Shown here: piece after piece, positions 39,346 through 53,740 of the stretch
Position numbering within the stretch: position 1 is the first letter of the stretch
Layout of the letters: each line of letters begins with the position of its first letter
From: Lama guanicoe
Taxonomy: Eukaryota
Length of the DNA: 64,000 nucleotides
Assembly: GCA_013239625.1 (NCBI GenBank)
Contig: MU056050.1
Location: 5,465,366-5,529,365, forward strand
Direction: 5' to 3'
The notes under the pieces: model-generated
Seen by the model: only the letters and a program-made list of their open reading frames with translations
What the model was told of the DNA's origin: nothing
The model's database searches: none
Made by a program: the position numbers and the translations under genes

Positions 39346-41820
39346 AAATCAGCCTCTCAATTTCATTAGAAATAAACTTCTTTGAAAGAATTTATATGAA
39401 CAAAAAGTAATATAAATTAAAAATGTGTTGAAAATTACATCCTCTGGAGTTCTCTTTAGAATTCTAAAAGTCTGATTTCAAGTGTCATTGGCTCGGTAAC
39501 AGTCTTCTAGGTTGAGCTAGGAACCCCCTATAAATCTTTCTACCCAACTAAGACACTGGCTACAATCTCTGACTCTAAACTTGAATGTTGCCCTTGGCTT
39601 TTCTAAGCCATCACTTTCAGGGTTTGACCCTGCTGGTACCTGCAAACTAAAAAGTTACCATGGCCTGACTTGGTCTCCTGGTTTCACAATTTATTTCCTG
39701 GTTCACAGGGCTTGGCTCTAAGCCATGGTGTTTTTATACACTAAAGCTGGCTGGCTGGCTGGCTGGTCCACTGATCCAGCCTAGTTTGAGCACAAACTGG
39801 GATTAAGGTTCATCGGACACAGCTGATGAACTGGGGGTGAGCTTGAGAAGCCTCCTTGGTGAGGACTCTTACTTGGAAAAGAAGGAGCCATGCAAGAGTG
39901 ATGAGCCGACCCCAGTAAGAAAGCCCCAGTCACCAGAGCAGAGACGAACAGTCACTGTGCACCATGGTTGTCCACCATTCAGATTTGTCTCCTGGCCAAG
40001 ACAACCACGGACTCATGACTCAGTGCTATGGAGAACAGGAGAGAGGCGCATAAAAACTCAAGAGCACTGGTTCATGGAGAACTGTGTAAAACATCTGGAT
40101 GCCAGCTATACCACCCCCCCAGCATAGATCATGGAGTCTCTGGAATTGCTCTAAAAATAACAGTTGTCTTCTTTACCCAAGTTCTAAACCATCTGAAGAA
40201 AAAAGGACAACCACTGAAAATCAAAGACATCTTTGTGATTGAAAAGTTTAAGTGGGAAGATACAACTTTGTGTGAAAGCCAAAATGAACTTCCAGAACCC
40301 TTCCCTGCCCCAGTCTAAAACCTGTAACAATCGACTTGAGGGCATATTTGAGATTATCATATACATAATTGCATGTATGGGTTGCTGCCACCCACTGGTC
40401 TTGGAGAAAAAGAACGCATTCCCCACGCTTAGAATTTTCTGATGTTCATCTGTAAATTATTCTCTTGCAGAGTAGACTATAACATAAAAAAAGGAAAGAC
40501 AGATTTGCCACAGCACACTGTGGCACCTTCAGTGCCCAAAGTTTGTTAAAACCTGTCTCCAACTGAATACCCCATGACCAGCAAGAGACGGGGGAATCCA
40601 CTGAAGCAACAGTACCCTCTAAAGGTGTATTTCCTCACTCAGAGAGACAAGGTAAGTGACTGACATAAAAGCAACCAAGAGTGACTAAAATTGGATTATC
40701 ACTGCTTCTTCTGTTCAGATGCTGGAGATATTTGGGGAACAGCAGGTAACTAAGTGTGCATAGTACTTAAAAATTATTCACTCCATTAATATAGCTGATG
40801 TTCCAATTTATACACAGGGTCACCTGATAGACTCATTTGTTTCTATCTGTAGATTGATGAAAAGGTATGTATCTTAAGGAGAGAGAATATGCCATATTTA
40901 TGAAACTTCAGATACTAGTCACACATATGTAACTAGATCGTAAAGACACTGAATAAAAAACATTGCTAACAATGTTTATATAACTGATGTAACAATGCTG
41001 ATCTAAAACAATATTTGATATAGTGTTCCAATGAATGAACTACTCAGTTACAGACTAGTCATTTCCCCTGAACCATATTGAAACAAACAATATTTAATTC
41101 AGTAAGGTTAAGAGAAGTCTTACAGTCATAGCCTCTATATCTTCCCTTCAAATTTTGCACTTATCATTGGTATTACTATGCATACTGACTCTTTAATCTC
41201 CTGCAATTTTACACTTATAAAATAAAACAAGAAGATCCAAGGACAGAAAACACAGACTTGCCAGTTAAAACAAGCAGCCAAATGAAAGACATGTAACTCT
41301 GGGGAGCATAGGATAATTATTGCCTAAGATCAGAGATTCTTGATAAATTGACTTTTTGAATGTGCTGCAGCATAAATTGGATGAACACTGCCTTGAAAAT
41401 TAAAGATTAAAATTGGACTGAAAGCTTTTCCTAGGATCTTACACCCAGAGAAGATGCAATCATCAAGAGGTAGTAAATAGCCACCTCTATACTTTCAAAG
41501 ACTTCAATAACTTTCCTCCAATAGCTACAGTACCATAAGGGGTATCTTTACTCATGAATGCAAAGCTTCTTTAAACAGAATTTAAAATTGTAATTAAAAA
41601 TGAAATAAAAATACTGAAACTATAAAGTAAACCGAAGAAACAAATTATGTAACAATTGAGAAATAATCATTTGTACTTGACGAAATAGTGCATAGGGGTA
41701 TATAATTTGTCACAATAAATTTAGATTTTTCAAGACACACATTATAATACTCAGAAAAAAACAGTTTCATTAGGTCAAGGCAATAAAGAAAAAAGGCTGA
41801 CTTGTAGATAAAATTTGTAA

Positions 41821-42204
41821 TTTTTTTTTAGCTTCCACATAAGCGATATCATATGATATTTGTCTTTCTTTGTCTGACTTACTTTCCATAATATGGTAAT
41901 CTTTAGTTCCATCTTTATTTACAAACCAGAGATAGTCTCACAGACATAGAAAACAAACTGGTTACCAGCATGGAAAGGGGGTGGGAAGGATAGATTAGGA
42001 GTTTGGGATTAATAGCTACACACTACTATATATAAAATAAATAATAATTAACTACTGCATAGCACAGGGAACTATATTAAATATCTTGTAATAAGCTGTA
42101 ATGGAAAATAATTTGAAAACATATATATATGTATAACTGAATCTCTTTGCTGTGCACCTAAAACTAACACTATAAATCAACTACATCAGTAAAAAAAAAA
42201 AAAA
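41821..42204 (+). mobile_element. Mid-age L1 3' end with short 5' inversion
   Basis: 41821-41913 is antisense (ttccacataagcgatatcatatgatatttgtc..gttccatc). 41914-42204 is sense 3'UTR (cacagacatagaaaacaaac..gcacagggaactatat..) plus polyA. Confidence 0.88.
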
Positions 42205-42224
42205 GAATTAGAAAAAGAAAAGTG

Positions 42225-43030
42225 GGTGAATCTCAGCTAGAACAGAAAGCTCTGTAGTGTTTTAAATTGCCTTATTCATATAACCCCCTCAATTTCCATG
42301 GCAGCAGTGAAAACAGGAACCGTCATGGTGGAAAGCAGCAACTAGAGGCAATAGAAAAGGTTAGATTCTCCTTCAGAGATAAATTTCCCAATAACCGTCA
42401 TTATCTGATTTGGAGGGTGATTCCCTAGAAGACACCACTCACAAGTCTGTCTTTATTATGCCAGATTTGGAGCTTGCCCAATGAGAACAGCCTTTTCCCC
42501 CGGCGAGTTCATCATAGTTAAATCTTCAGAGGCAATTGTTGAACATCTCAGCTGCCCGAGGTAGTAAATAAGAGATGGAACAAACACTAGGCTATCTATC
42601 CTAAAAGCTCAAAAGGAAAATGTGGGGAATGAGACATGCATAGGAGGTTTTAAAAGCTCAGACATATTCCTAGGTACCTAGAAGGATACACACATGCCTA
42701 GGGCTGTGCACACGTGTGGGGCTGTGCACGTGTTCAAGAAAGATTTAAGAAGGTACTAAGATCTCACTTCTGACCTTGAGATTCTGCACAATCAGGAAGG
42801 GAAGGCCATGGCAGAGTTATAAACTGTCTGGCTAAGTGTTAAAAATGTATACCAATGCACAGAGACCTTTGGCAAAGACTGCGAGACGTATAGGTTCTGG
42901 GCTTTTAAGGAACTCTCAGTCTAATTATTAGATGACCACTAAGCAAACTGTGTAGAGCCTTCAGTAGCCATAGACAACAAAGAATAAAAACTTTACAGAA
43001 CAAATTTAGAAAAGACTCTCAATGAAAATA
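42225..43030 (+). mobile_element. Old L1M (L1MC/MD-like) 5'-end region
   Basis: Recalled L1MD 5' motifs: ggggaatgagacatgcatagg..gacatattcct..ctagaagg..cacatgcctagggctgtgc..tgaccttgag..ggcagagttataaactg..cctttggcaaagactg. Confidence 0.7.
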
Positions 43031-46000
43031 TTCATCACAGCAGTATGGGGTTCACTTCACGTTTCCCTATTCATAATATATCCTTCTTGAATTCTGAAAG
43101 AAATCAATTTAACTTCTTAATGTTTATATGAAAGTAGGGATGCTAGGGTTGAAAGAAGAATGTATGATTTCTTCCCCAAATCACCGATCCCAGTGACTAA
43201 ATTATACATCAATACAAATGGCGGGTTCATTCTCCCAGAAACACACACCCACAACAATTTGCAACCAATATATCCTCCTGTACACGTGTCTGCATAAATT
43301 ATCTTTATTCACAGCATAACAATTAGAAACACATATAGGTTATACCTACTGAAGCATGTATGTAGTATTACTACAGATTTATCTGTGACACATATTGTCA
43401 TCAGTATCTAAAAGAAATGAATTATTCAGCAATATCTTTCACCCTTTTTTAACTGTTAGTTTTATCACCCCCAAACCATCTCTAAGATTTTACTCGAAAG
43501 GACTATGTATTAAATTTTATTATTAATTTTGCTTCCCCCACAGGACTTAGTCCCCATAGTGCTTAGTACATTACTAATATGTAACACTAAATAAAAATTA
43601 GTTGGTGATTAATCATATAATCTTCTTACTCAAACGTCGGAACTACCAATCACAATACAATACGTCAAGACAGGTTTATTGTATGAATATAACAGACAAT
43701 CTTACAGACATCCAAGAATTGAACCCAACATACTATTTGGCCAGGTGGGACTGAAACTGGAAAGTCAGGAGCTTAAACTACTTTTCCTGTCTCTCATGGC
43801 CCATAAGTTTTCTCATCTCTATTCCTATCTGTGAATATCCTTAATTCTCCTATTTTTCTTTGCTGATTTACTTTTGCCTTGTGCTCATGGATCTCTGATC
43901 CTCCCTACTTCCAGCCTTAATATGGCGTAGACTTGTTCAGGAGTTAACTGGACAAAATTTCACATGGCCATTTTCTTTAAGCACACTTTGCGTAACTGTC
44001 CTACTCTCTCAGTGCCTCAGCTCCAGACTCTAAGGGAAAATACTTATTAGCTGATAGGCCCACTTTGGGTCAAGCGTCTGTCTCTAATCCAGTCAGCTAA
44101 TGGCCAGTTAAAGGTGGAGCAAACACTTGCAGCAATTTTTGTGTAATATATTAATAAATTTATTGTATCTAAAATATTACATACACATATATCCTAAGTC
44201 AGGTAACTGTCACAGAATCATTGCACCTTAGCATCAACAGAACTTCCTAATTTTTTAATTAGAGAACCAAAGATTAGTGATGTTATAGGACTTGCTGAAG
44301 TTCATGTACTTGTCAATGTAAAGTTCATGTAGCACAGCTATGACTGAAACCCAGGTCACTTGACTCTTGATCAATATTTTTTTCTTCTGTAGCTCACTAT
44401 ACTAAAATACAGTATGAATGGCCAGTCTGAATTATATAAACTATTTTGAGGCAAATCCAGCACCAGTATTTCAAATAAGCACAACATCATTAATAAATCT
44501 ATATGAGTATTGAATAGTCAGTTCCTCGGGACCAGCTTCAATGTACAGACAAAAATTTACCATGAGGAGTACAACAAATTCTGACTGCAAATAAGTACTT
44601 AAAAATTTTTCTAAAGAAACATTTTACTAAGCAGTGTAAATAGTCCCTTTCTAATCTTTCTCACTGTATTCATTTGCCTAGAAAACCCTTTAATTTCCCC
44701 GATTATAGAGAGAAAGTAACATCCTGCACAATCTCCGAATAAATGGTTGGAAATGCTAGGATCCAAGTTAATGAATTTTAACTGTTTATCTGATAAGATA
44801 TTGTGGCACAACGCAATTCTAAAACTATGGAAGGCAAATGGATTGATATGCTGCAAACACAGGCTGTTATCTGTGTAGAAACAATAAAATAATAATGTAC
44901 CAGGGAGCAGCATGCAGTTAAAGCAAGCATAAAACAGATGTGCAATAAGTATGCATCAATGGCATTAAGACCATAATGTTGATATATTTACATTTCCAAT
45001 AAATTATGCCTTCAAATATCCAGTTGTTCTGCATGTGACCAGCATGGTTTGTAAGTAGAAAATAGGACTTTTGTTTTGGTATCGTCTCTCTTTCTGCGGA
45101 GATCATGCTAAGTCTCACAATGAAATGACAGGGATTTCTCATACAGCTTATTGCCATTTCCTGTGCTTCGGGACTGGAAGCCCTGTTTGAGGGACACAAC
45201 TCAAAGTCAGCTAGGTAAGAAGCCAATAGTAGTCTTTTTTCTTCTATAATCAATCATCTCACGCTATGGCAGGGCAAGTAGCTCTTTTGTCATCAAGAAT
45301 AAAATGAGAGAAAACAAGATGCTTCCCCATCCAGCAGACCGATGGCATCATTAAATAACCCAACCTTGGATTTATTAATGCTATAAAAATATAGTTTACG
45401 AATTAGGATTATTGTGTATGAAAATTGTAAAATGGGATATTCTGGAAGTAAGGACATAGGTGTTTCTCTGTTAACTGACATGAGAGAAAAGGACATTAGA
45501 AGTATCAGTGTTATGAAGCTGAAACGTAAGATGGAGGGTGGATAGAGATTGTACCCAGAGGAAAGTTATTTGAATTGTCAAGTAAGAGCCAGCATCTATA
45601 AAGGCTGGAGAGCCAGTCTACACAGAACATGGATTGAGAGGCCTTAAAGGGGCGATGGGGAAGATAGGATCCTCATTAAAGTTGGAGATTCCCAACTGGG
45701 ACAAACAAGTGCAAGTATCAATAAATTTTTCATGGCTTTACACATAGACAACACCTCTGAACAAGCTATTTCCAAATGAGAGAGTTCCGCTGACTACCAT
45801 TCCATAAGAACTACATCTAGTCTTTACTTATCTACCAATAGTGTCAAGAGTTGTCCACGAATGTTCTGCACAGGACACCACCAATGACAAGAAGCCAGCA
45901 CTAATTACTTTCTCTCCCTCTCCCTCTCTATTCTCCACCCCCATCTCTATCTCTACTCTCCTTCATTTTTATCCCCACAGGGACCTGGGGCTGGGGAACA

Positions 46001-49000
46001 AAAAACCACTTGGAGACTGGAGAGTTTCAACTCAAACTCAGCCTATTCTTTAATCTCAGTTTTGTTCCTAACTACTCTAAGAGTAAAATAATCTAGCCCA
46101 GGCTACTTAAGTAATCTTAATTGATACTCTGATATTCTATGCCAAAGCAATACAATTAGGGACTGGTATATATTCTTTGATAATGAAACAGAAACAACAT
46201 AGAAGTTAGAGCTAATAGTTCACAGTCTAATCTGGGGAGAAAAATTAAGAATATTTGAAAAGCTTAAAGAATACTAAGAAATACAAACTAATACAGCTGA
46301 AAGGAAATGCAAATACAAGGGCTTCAGAGACTAGAATACAAAGATTACAGATGGGGGGCGAGGGAAGAGTAAAGAGTGGAGCAGCAATAGGTCAGTGCTC
46401 ATCAGGTAACGTTCATACTTGCATCCAGATCTAGACTTGCAAGAGACAGTTTGTCTTTATTCAGAGACAGAGATGAGCAAGTCTGGAAGATGTATTTTTT
46501 TTTAATTCTTACTTTTGATGCAATTAACCAAGTTATTCAGGATAGGCAAGGTTTTTGTAAAAATTCTCTGGGCAACTGCCTCTCTTTATTTTCTCTCTGA
46601 AGCTTTGGTCTGGATATGTTACAGATTAACTTGGTCTAATATTCCCTGTGCCCCTTTCTTATTGATGAGAGTTGTTTTTCAATCTGACCCCTAAAGAATT
46701 CTAGAAGGATGGAGTCAAATGAGAGTACCATCTTCTTGATAAGCCATTATCCTGAACTTCACAAGCCGAGTAATGAGTAGGTGAGTGAAGAGTACAATTC
46801 TCACTTCTCAGGCCTTTCCTTGTTTAGCCATCCCCCCAATCCCCACCCCTTCTCCTTGACATACACACTTCTCTCCTAAAAAGCAAGGCAGATCACTGAT
46901 CTCTAACTTGTTTTTTTTTTTAATAAATATTCTTTTCCTGTTCTAAATCAGGTAGGGGGAGACAGAAAGAGAATCAGCACAAGAGACTAGAAAATTTGTG
47001 CTATTTAGCACATTCATGGACAAAAAAAAAAAACAAGAAAGAAAGAAAAAAACCCTTTATCTAATCCTTTTGCTCATCTTTCTCAAAGGCTTGAATTAAG
47101 GATACAGAAGGCAAGGCAGATATTTTTTTCTTACTTCTTATAAGAACCTGAGCTTTGATCTTCCTCTGACAGGCCAGCCCTAAAGGCATTAACTCAACAA
47201 ATGTCAGAAAAGAGACTGGGGTCAGAAATAAAACACCTACTTGGGACTCCTGTCTCCCTTCTGTGTAAGCTTTTTCTTTCACAGAGTTATTACTCAGCGC
47301 AGCTATAGAGAAAGTTTTTATTACAAACTGACTTGAGCCAATTTGATCATGAACAACTCTCAGTTTCTTTTCTGTAGATAAGGGCTGTCACTAAGGAAGT
47401 TTGAGCTAAGGTTTATTTTAGCTACTTTCTCCAACCCTTACTTCCAGGTTATAATGAAAGCAAGTGTAAGAGCAAATTCTGCCACATATACATTAATTAA
47501 AAACTCCTTACCAAGTAGACAGAAACTGACCACAGATCTGTTCTGGAAGCTCTATAAAGGCTTAGCTCTCTGTCATTTTAGGTGCTCCTATCACTACCTT
47601 GCATGAAAGAAAACTCACAGCAGATCCAGCACTATTCTAGAGGCATAATTTTTTTGTCTATAGTCAATATCAGGCAACTGAAAATCCTCTAGAATCAAGG
47701 TAGCAGCTGTCCAAACTGTATGAAACCAACTTGACAGTAATGACTCACTGGATTCTACAACACATTCATCAAACCTAGAGAGAAACTCTGACATACTTCA
47801 GCCAATATTCGTATCTGTATCTTGAATACCTTTCATTTCTCCAGCAAGAGCCCATTCCTAACAATCCGTCATGCTAATTAACTACTAATGAATTTCACCA
47901 ACAAAAGCCGATTTCTGACATTCTGGATGATATTTAGAAGAAGCACTTGGAAAGTCTGGCTCTGGAGTCTAGACTTTCTGAATCTAGTTGACAACCTCTG
48001 GAGTGTGGATTAGCCCTGACTTAAATGGTCATTGTGGATCTTTTATTTGAACAGACAACTGCCTCCCACATTGATATTCAAGCTGAATAATATATATATA
48101 ATATCATATGACCTATGTTGAGGTATAACATAAATTATAAAACTCCCAGCATTTAGCTGTCAGAGGAATAGTAGACTAGGTTAAAAACTGCACAGTTACC
48201 CACTTTGGTAAACGAAAGGGAATTTCCTGATTGTTTAGAGGATGAACTCAGGACTCAATGTGAGTGGGGTTTGGGCGTGTGAACCCTGAGATCCCTTCAA
48301 ACCTACAATTTTAGTGTAAATTCATTGCTCTGTAACTGCATTTAGGGTTATGTTGTCAGAAATCTTTCAGTGGCTCTGGAGAGATATGACCACAAATATT
48401 TTCTAAAGCAGGCTCTCCTGCTCCACTTCCAGTAGGGCGAGTGTGAGTTTTCCTTGTAGTGGCAGGCACAGGTACATAATGGTGCAAAAGATACTGGGTT
48501 CTGGTTGTTGTTGCTAATAGAAATAACTTTCTACTTTATAATCTTCTTATACAGCAATATGTACACTTTTTTGAATTAATGAATAAGCATTAGGGCACCT
48601 CAAGAGAAAGAAAGAAGTTTTAGAGAAATAGATTTCAGTTTGCTTGGCCATCAGCTTCTGAATAACTCAACAATTTTTATTTAAATAAATGAGGATTTCC
48701 AAATATAGTTGGCCAAGGGCAGTATCCAACAGAAAAAATAAAATCAACTTGCTATTTTAGGGGTAAGGGGAGAAAATCATGAAAACAACCACAATAAAGT
48801 AAGCAGCACTGTTAAACAGTGTTACAAAAGGTAAGCTCTTAAGAAGGCTTTCCTCTGAATATCTCAGCATCTTGATTGCCTCTCGAGATTGCTGCTGAGC
48901 TGGGCCACTTGTGTGTAGGTCTAGATGGTATATAACTGCACAATGTCTAGACGATATGATTTGAAGAATGTCAGTAAAGACGTCCATGATGAACAATCTC

Positions 49001-52000
49001 TCCCCATTGGACTGCTCTTAGTACTTGAAATTTGGAATTTTCCGCACTAATCATTACCTTGAGTCAAGGCTCTGAAAGCCCCAGCCCAAATGCACACATG
49101 CTTTGTACGAAAGTAAACGCTTAAAGCCTTGTCAGTCACTGACATCCATTTGGACCTCCTTTAGTTTCTCAGGAAGGTGCCACTCAGTAACTCAGAGGCA
49201 TGACCCAGATGGATGGGAATCTCAGGAATAGAGTGGAGTTGGACTGAGGATAAGAGAAGGAACAGGCAGATTCTACAGTAGAAACATTCAGCGGGAACTC
49301 TATGAGGATCATTACAAGGGCGTAGAGCAAAGGAGAGAACGTGAAACAAACAAACAAAAAAGGAAGTCTGTCTAACTTGGCAACTTGAACATTTTACCAA
49401 AGACCAATCCGGTGACCAAGAATACAGTATGTGTTACCCCAGTGGAGGATAATTAAGTCCGTATAGTGCACGAAGCTTGGTCCTGTTTCACATTTGCAAT
49501 AAAAGTTTCCTGATGGGTAAGACAGGAGAGAGCATGCAGAAAGCCTGGGAAAAACTAGAGCCCCTGTTTTCTTCCTTTTTCAACGAGAACAGGCTACTAA
49601 TTAAGGTGTCCACACTAATTGCAGACTCACAATTCTCTGTGAATGCTATTTCTTTAGAGTGACCATAAGTTGTGAATCAAGCTTTGGTACAGAATTTCTG
49701 TTTAAAATCTCCATGCATCTTCCTAATGTGTCATCTGACATTTGTTATTACTTGGCTGTGGACTGGCTTTGAATAACTTATGAAATATTTATGACAGCGA
49801 GGGCTGTGGGAATCCTATGAACAAAGCATATACATGCAGCTAAAGATTACGGACCATAAGTGATGTAGCAAAATCAGTAATCAGCCTCCATTTTCCATTT
49901 GTTCATTTCTAAGTGTGTTTGATTCATGTCTTTCATTCCCACGTTGCACTGTTTAAAGACATTTGCTTACCATTCATAGAATGGCAAGTTGAAATAAACT
50001 CGGGATTTTTATTAGAAATTGTGTAAATTTACTATCCTGAACCAGAGAAACTTAGGCCATTTGGACCCAAGAAATATTTTGGAGTTTCCCTTCTGTGATT
50101 GACAGCAGATGTCAAAATGGGGGAGAACTGAATCTCAGGCTAGAAGCTGGCAAACAGGCCTGAAGAGGAGAGGAAGAGTGCAATAAAGAATATAATTAGG
50201 ATTCCAGAATCAGGATAGGAGGATATGGATGTTCTGTCTTGAAAACACTAAATGTAATGTGCACCCCAAGCCACCAGCAGGGCTATGAGCTATTTCAGGC
50301 CTTCAAAATCATCTTGACATTGATGTAAGATTATATGCCAACACGTGGCAAAATTGGAGTTCAATCCTAATTTCTCATGTGCCAGGATCTGTGCTTTTTA
50401 TTATTATTATTATGCTGCAGCTGTTATATCATATGACTGCTATTTTCAGCAAGGAGAGAGCAGAAGCCCATAGGTAAAGCTGGCTAACCCTTCCTTCGTG
50501 CCTGTTCTTGGTGACTGAAGAGTCTTCTGTGACAGCGCCTACACCACTTTCTTGTTCTACCCTGCTGGCGCCTAGTCTGTGCCACTTGGCACAACCACCA
50601 TCTGCAAGTACAAGAAACTCTGAGCTCACTTGCTTAAAAGAAATAGGGGCTTATTACTTTCATAAAACAAAAGGTCTGGGAGTATGTTGTTACTAGTACA
50701 AGTGACTGATGCTGGTTCGATACTTCAGCGATTCAAGGACACTGTTCCTGAAATGTTATTGGCATTTCTCTCGGGACCACAAGATGGTTACTTTATTGAT
50801 TAAGGTTCTCCAGAGGCAAAACCACTTCCAGATTCTCCAGACAATGCAGCGTCATAATGAGGGCACGGGAACTAAAAGCAGTCGGAGAAAACATACACGG
50901 GGCAACTGAAGGGTCCTTGAGTCAAACCTCATCCTTCTGTAATTTTACAAAGATTCAGGTTTGCTATTAAAATATAATGGAATTGGAAATCTGAAGCTCG
51001 TGTAAGTGCCTTGTTTTGCCTTTCAGGGATACTTTAAAAACTAGAGTCTAGAAAACATTTCCGTTGCCCTGGAGAGGCAATAGCAAGCTGGAAGGAACGG
51101 AGCGATTTACTTCCTGAATTTGAGTGATAAAAATCACGTACTTTTGGCAGACAATTGGCCAAAGGCCTCTTTCAAATGTCAACAACAACCCTCATTGATA
51201 CTGAGAAAGTATAGTTTCTGTCTTTAAATATACAGGTCAGGCAAGAAAGCTGAATATTACAAATTTCCACCATGCTCATTTAGAAGTAAGAACTTGTCAA
51301 ATGTACTTCAGTGCATCTGGTGTGGTATTAACTAAAGCACAGTTAAACAGAGCAGAGAGCAGCAGGTGAATGTAGGAATGGGATCTTAACAATTAACATC
51401 CACAGGCACACACATATTCAGGAGACGCCTTGTCACCAACGGATTACAGAGTCATACAGTGCAAGTATACACAGAATGATTTCTAGATTCAGTAATTAGG
51501 ATCCAGCAAAACAGGGAGCTCCATTAATCAGAAAAGCTAATATACCCTCATTTTGTGTTGAGGAAAGCAAATAAGACAGCATCACCTGGAGTCAAGTTAA
51601 TCATCTCCTCTTTCTATATTTTTTGGTATCTTAAGAGGATGTGCTGAGTATGCAGCAAACCGCAGAGGATTCAGACATGAAAGGCAGGATGTGCCCTCAG
51701 GCAGCCCACAGTCTAGTGGACCAGGGATCTCCCTTTTTCATTTCCTGCATCAGCTCTGACAAGTATGTCTGTAGCCCCTAGATGCTTCTTGTCATTGAAA
51801 TAGGTTTAAATGTAAAGGACATAGTCTGATATTTTTGTCATTCGCAGGTACAAGGCAGTTATCTTCCCACAAGTTCTCATCTAACTCTAACTTTTATACT
51901 TGAACATAACTTTTATTGTTTAAAACAATAAAGCTCTTGATTTAAAACAGCCATACCTTGGGTTATTTTTGTCTACAAGAGAGCAAGTTCTCCCCTAGTT

Positions 52001-52799
52001 AAAAAAAATTTTTTTTTAGAGATCTGATCTAATTGTCCCCTATCACCTACAGAATGAAGTCCAATCTCCTGAGTGTGTTATTAAACACCTTCCACGATGT
52101 GTTTTTGGTCTTACTTTGCTAGCTAATCTCTCGAGGACCTTACACTATATCCGAGCTGAGTCACTGTATAACCCTGCCGGAAAGCAAAGTGGGGTCTAAC
52201 TTCATTGGCCACTGGCTCCCATCTTGTGTGAAAGCCCTATTTATTGCAAATGCAGTGAGGTTCAAGATCTTACCTTGGGCCAAGGAGGCAAGAGGCAAGA
52301 CGTGAAGGACAGGATGAGGCTGGTTGGAGAACAAACAAGCAATCTACTTGGGGAAGGAGAGAGACGTAGGCCATGACCCATGTCACCAGCCTTATTCAAT
52401 CTCCCTGGATCTGGCCAGTGAAACATGTGCCAAGTGCTGGGATAGTCTTATCATTACTGCTCTTGTCCTGGAAAAACCTTGACAACTACCCATCGGGTGC
52501 TGCCAAACTGTAGCCAGGGCCTCGACGGATTTCAGTTGTTCAACCAGATCCCTAGCAGTTTAGCCGAACAGGCCAGTCCTTGTCCTTCCTTTAATCTGTC
52601 AAAATTGGAAATCCACATTTTACACAGTCAAGGTTTTCCGGGGACACCACTCATTTTGTATTATAAATTTGTCATTTCCTTTCCATGAACAAACACACCC
52701 AGAATTTTCTCATATTACTGGCTGTTCTCAAACTATCTCCTGTTTATAATGCCCTTGTTAGAATTGTTTCAGTACCGTCTCAAATGTCTCTCTGTTTTT

Positions 52800-53003
52800 T
52801 TTTTTAAAGACCAGGTATTAAATCTTAGGCTTTGTGAGCCATATGGTCTGTGTCATAACTACTCAACTCTGCTGTCATAGCATGAAAGTAACCACAGACA
52901 ATCCCTAAATGAAGGAGCATGGCTGTGTTCCAATAAAGCCTTATTTACAAAAACAAACAGTGGGCCATATTTGACCCCCAGGACCACAGTTTGTCCACCC
53001 TTA
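52800..53003. mobile_element. MER58A-like hAT-Charlie DNA transposon
   Basis: taggctttgtgagccatatggtc..aactactcaactctgc..catggctgtgttccaataaa..ttatttacaaaaaca..cagtttgtccaccc. Confidence 0.88.
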
Positions 53004-53394
53004 GTCTTAGCTGTTTCCTTCCCTAGTGCTCTAGCCAGAATTAATACGTCTCCTTTGAAATGCACAGAACTTTGCAGAGGCCTTTCTGACAACAGTTATC
53101 AAAGTCTCCCTTGTAGTTCTTTGTTCCTTTTATTTTTCCTCCCCTCTGAATTGAAAAATCCTTTATCAGTGTTATTAGGTGCTAAATAAGCTATCGAATC
53201 CAGCAAAGAAACACTGAAGAATACTCTTATTTTTATCTAATAACTTGTACTATACAAGAAAAAAATTCTCTCAATCCTGTGGAGTAGTCTTGGAGATCTT
53301 GGAGACGCCTAGTTTATGAAATTTTTGGTTTACTCCTGTTCCTTATTTAACTACTGATTTTTACCTGGAAATATGGCTGACTGTAATCATGACT

Positions 53395-53740
53395 ATAATT
53401 TTCAGTTTCCCTTTAAGATAGATGTGGCTATGTGACCATCTTCTGGCTACAAGGATACAAAAACAAGCGTCACGTGCAACTTCTGAGAACTGTCCTTAAA
53501 GGCAGTGGGCTTGTCCGCCTTACCCCACTGACTTGGACAGCTGTCTGGGCTCCAGTGATAAAAAGTTCCCATTGACGAAAGCAGGACAGAAGCAAGAAGA
53601 AGCCCAAGTCTTTCGTGAACATGTAGCTGACATACCAACCCGAGACCTTTGGGTTTCTTACACAGAAAAGAAAGAAACTGTATTTTATTTAAGCCACTTA
53701 TATTTGGACTATCGATGGCCAGACTCGGTCCTTAATGCCA
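53395..53740 (+). mobile_element. Old MaLR LTR (MLT1J/K-like)
   Basis: agatgtggctatgtgaccatcttctggc..agaaagaaactgtattttatttaagccact. Confidence 0.65.

Noticed and set aside
40028..40442. Protein-looking ORFs (e.g. LKKKGQPLKIKDIFVIEK)
   Set aside because: No recognisable family or domain, no consistent exon boundaries, and lengths are within chance range.
48919..48952. gtctaga...tctagac inverted repeat
   Set aside because: Only 7 bp, built on a self-palindromic XbaI site; expected by chance.
50690..50735. B-box-like ggttcgatac with A-box-like tagtacaagtg
   Set aside because: The box spacing is too short and there is no cloverleaf, tail or TSD.
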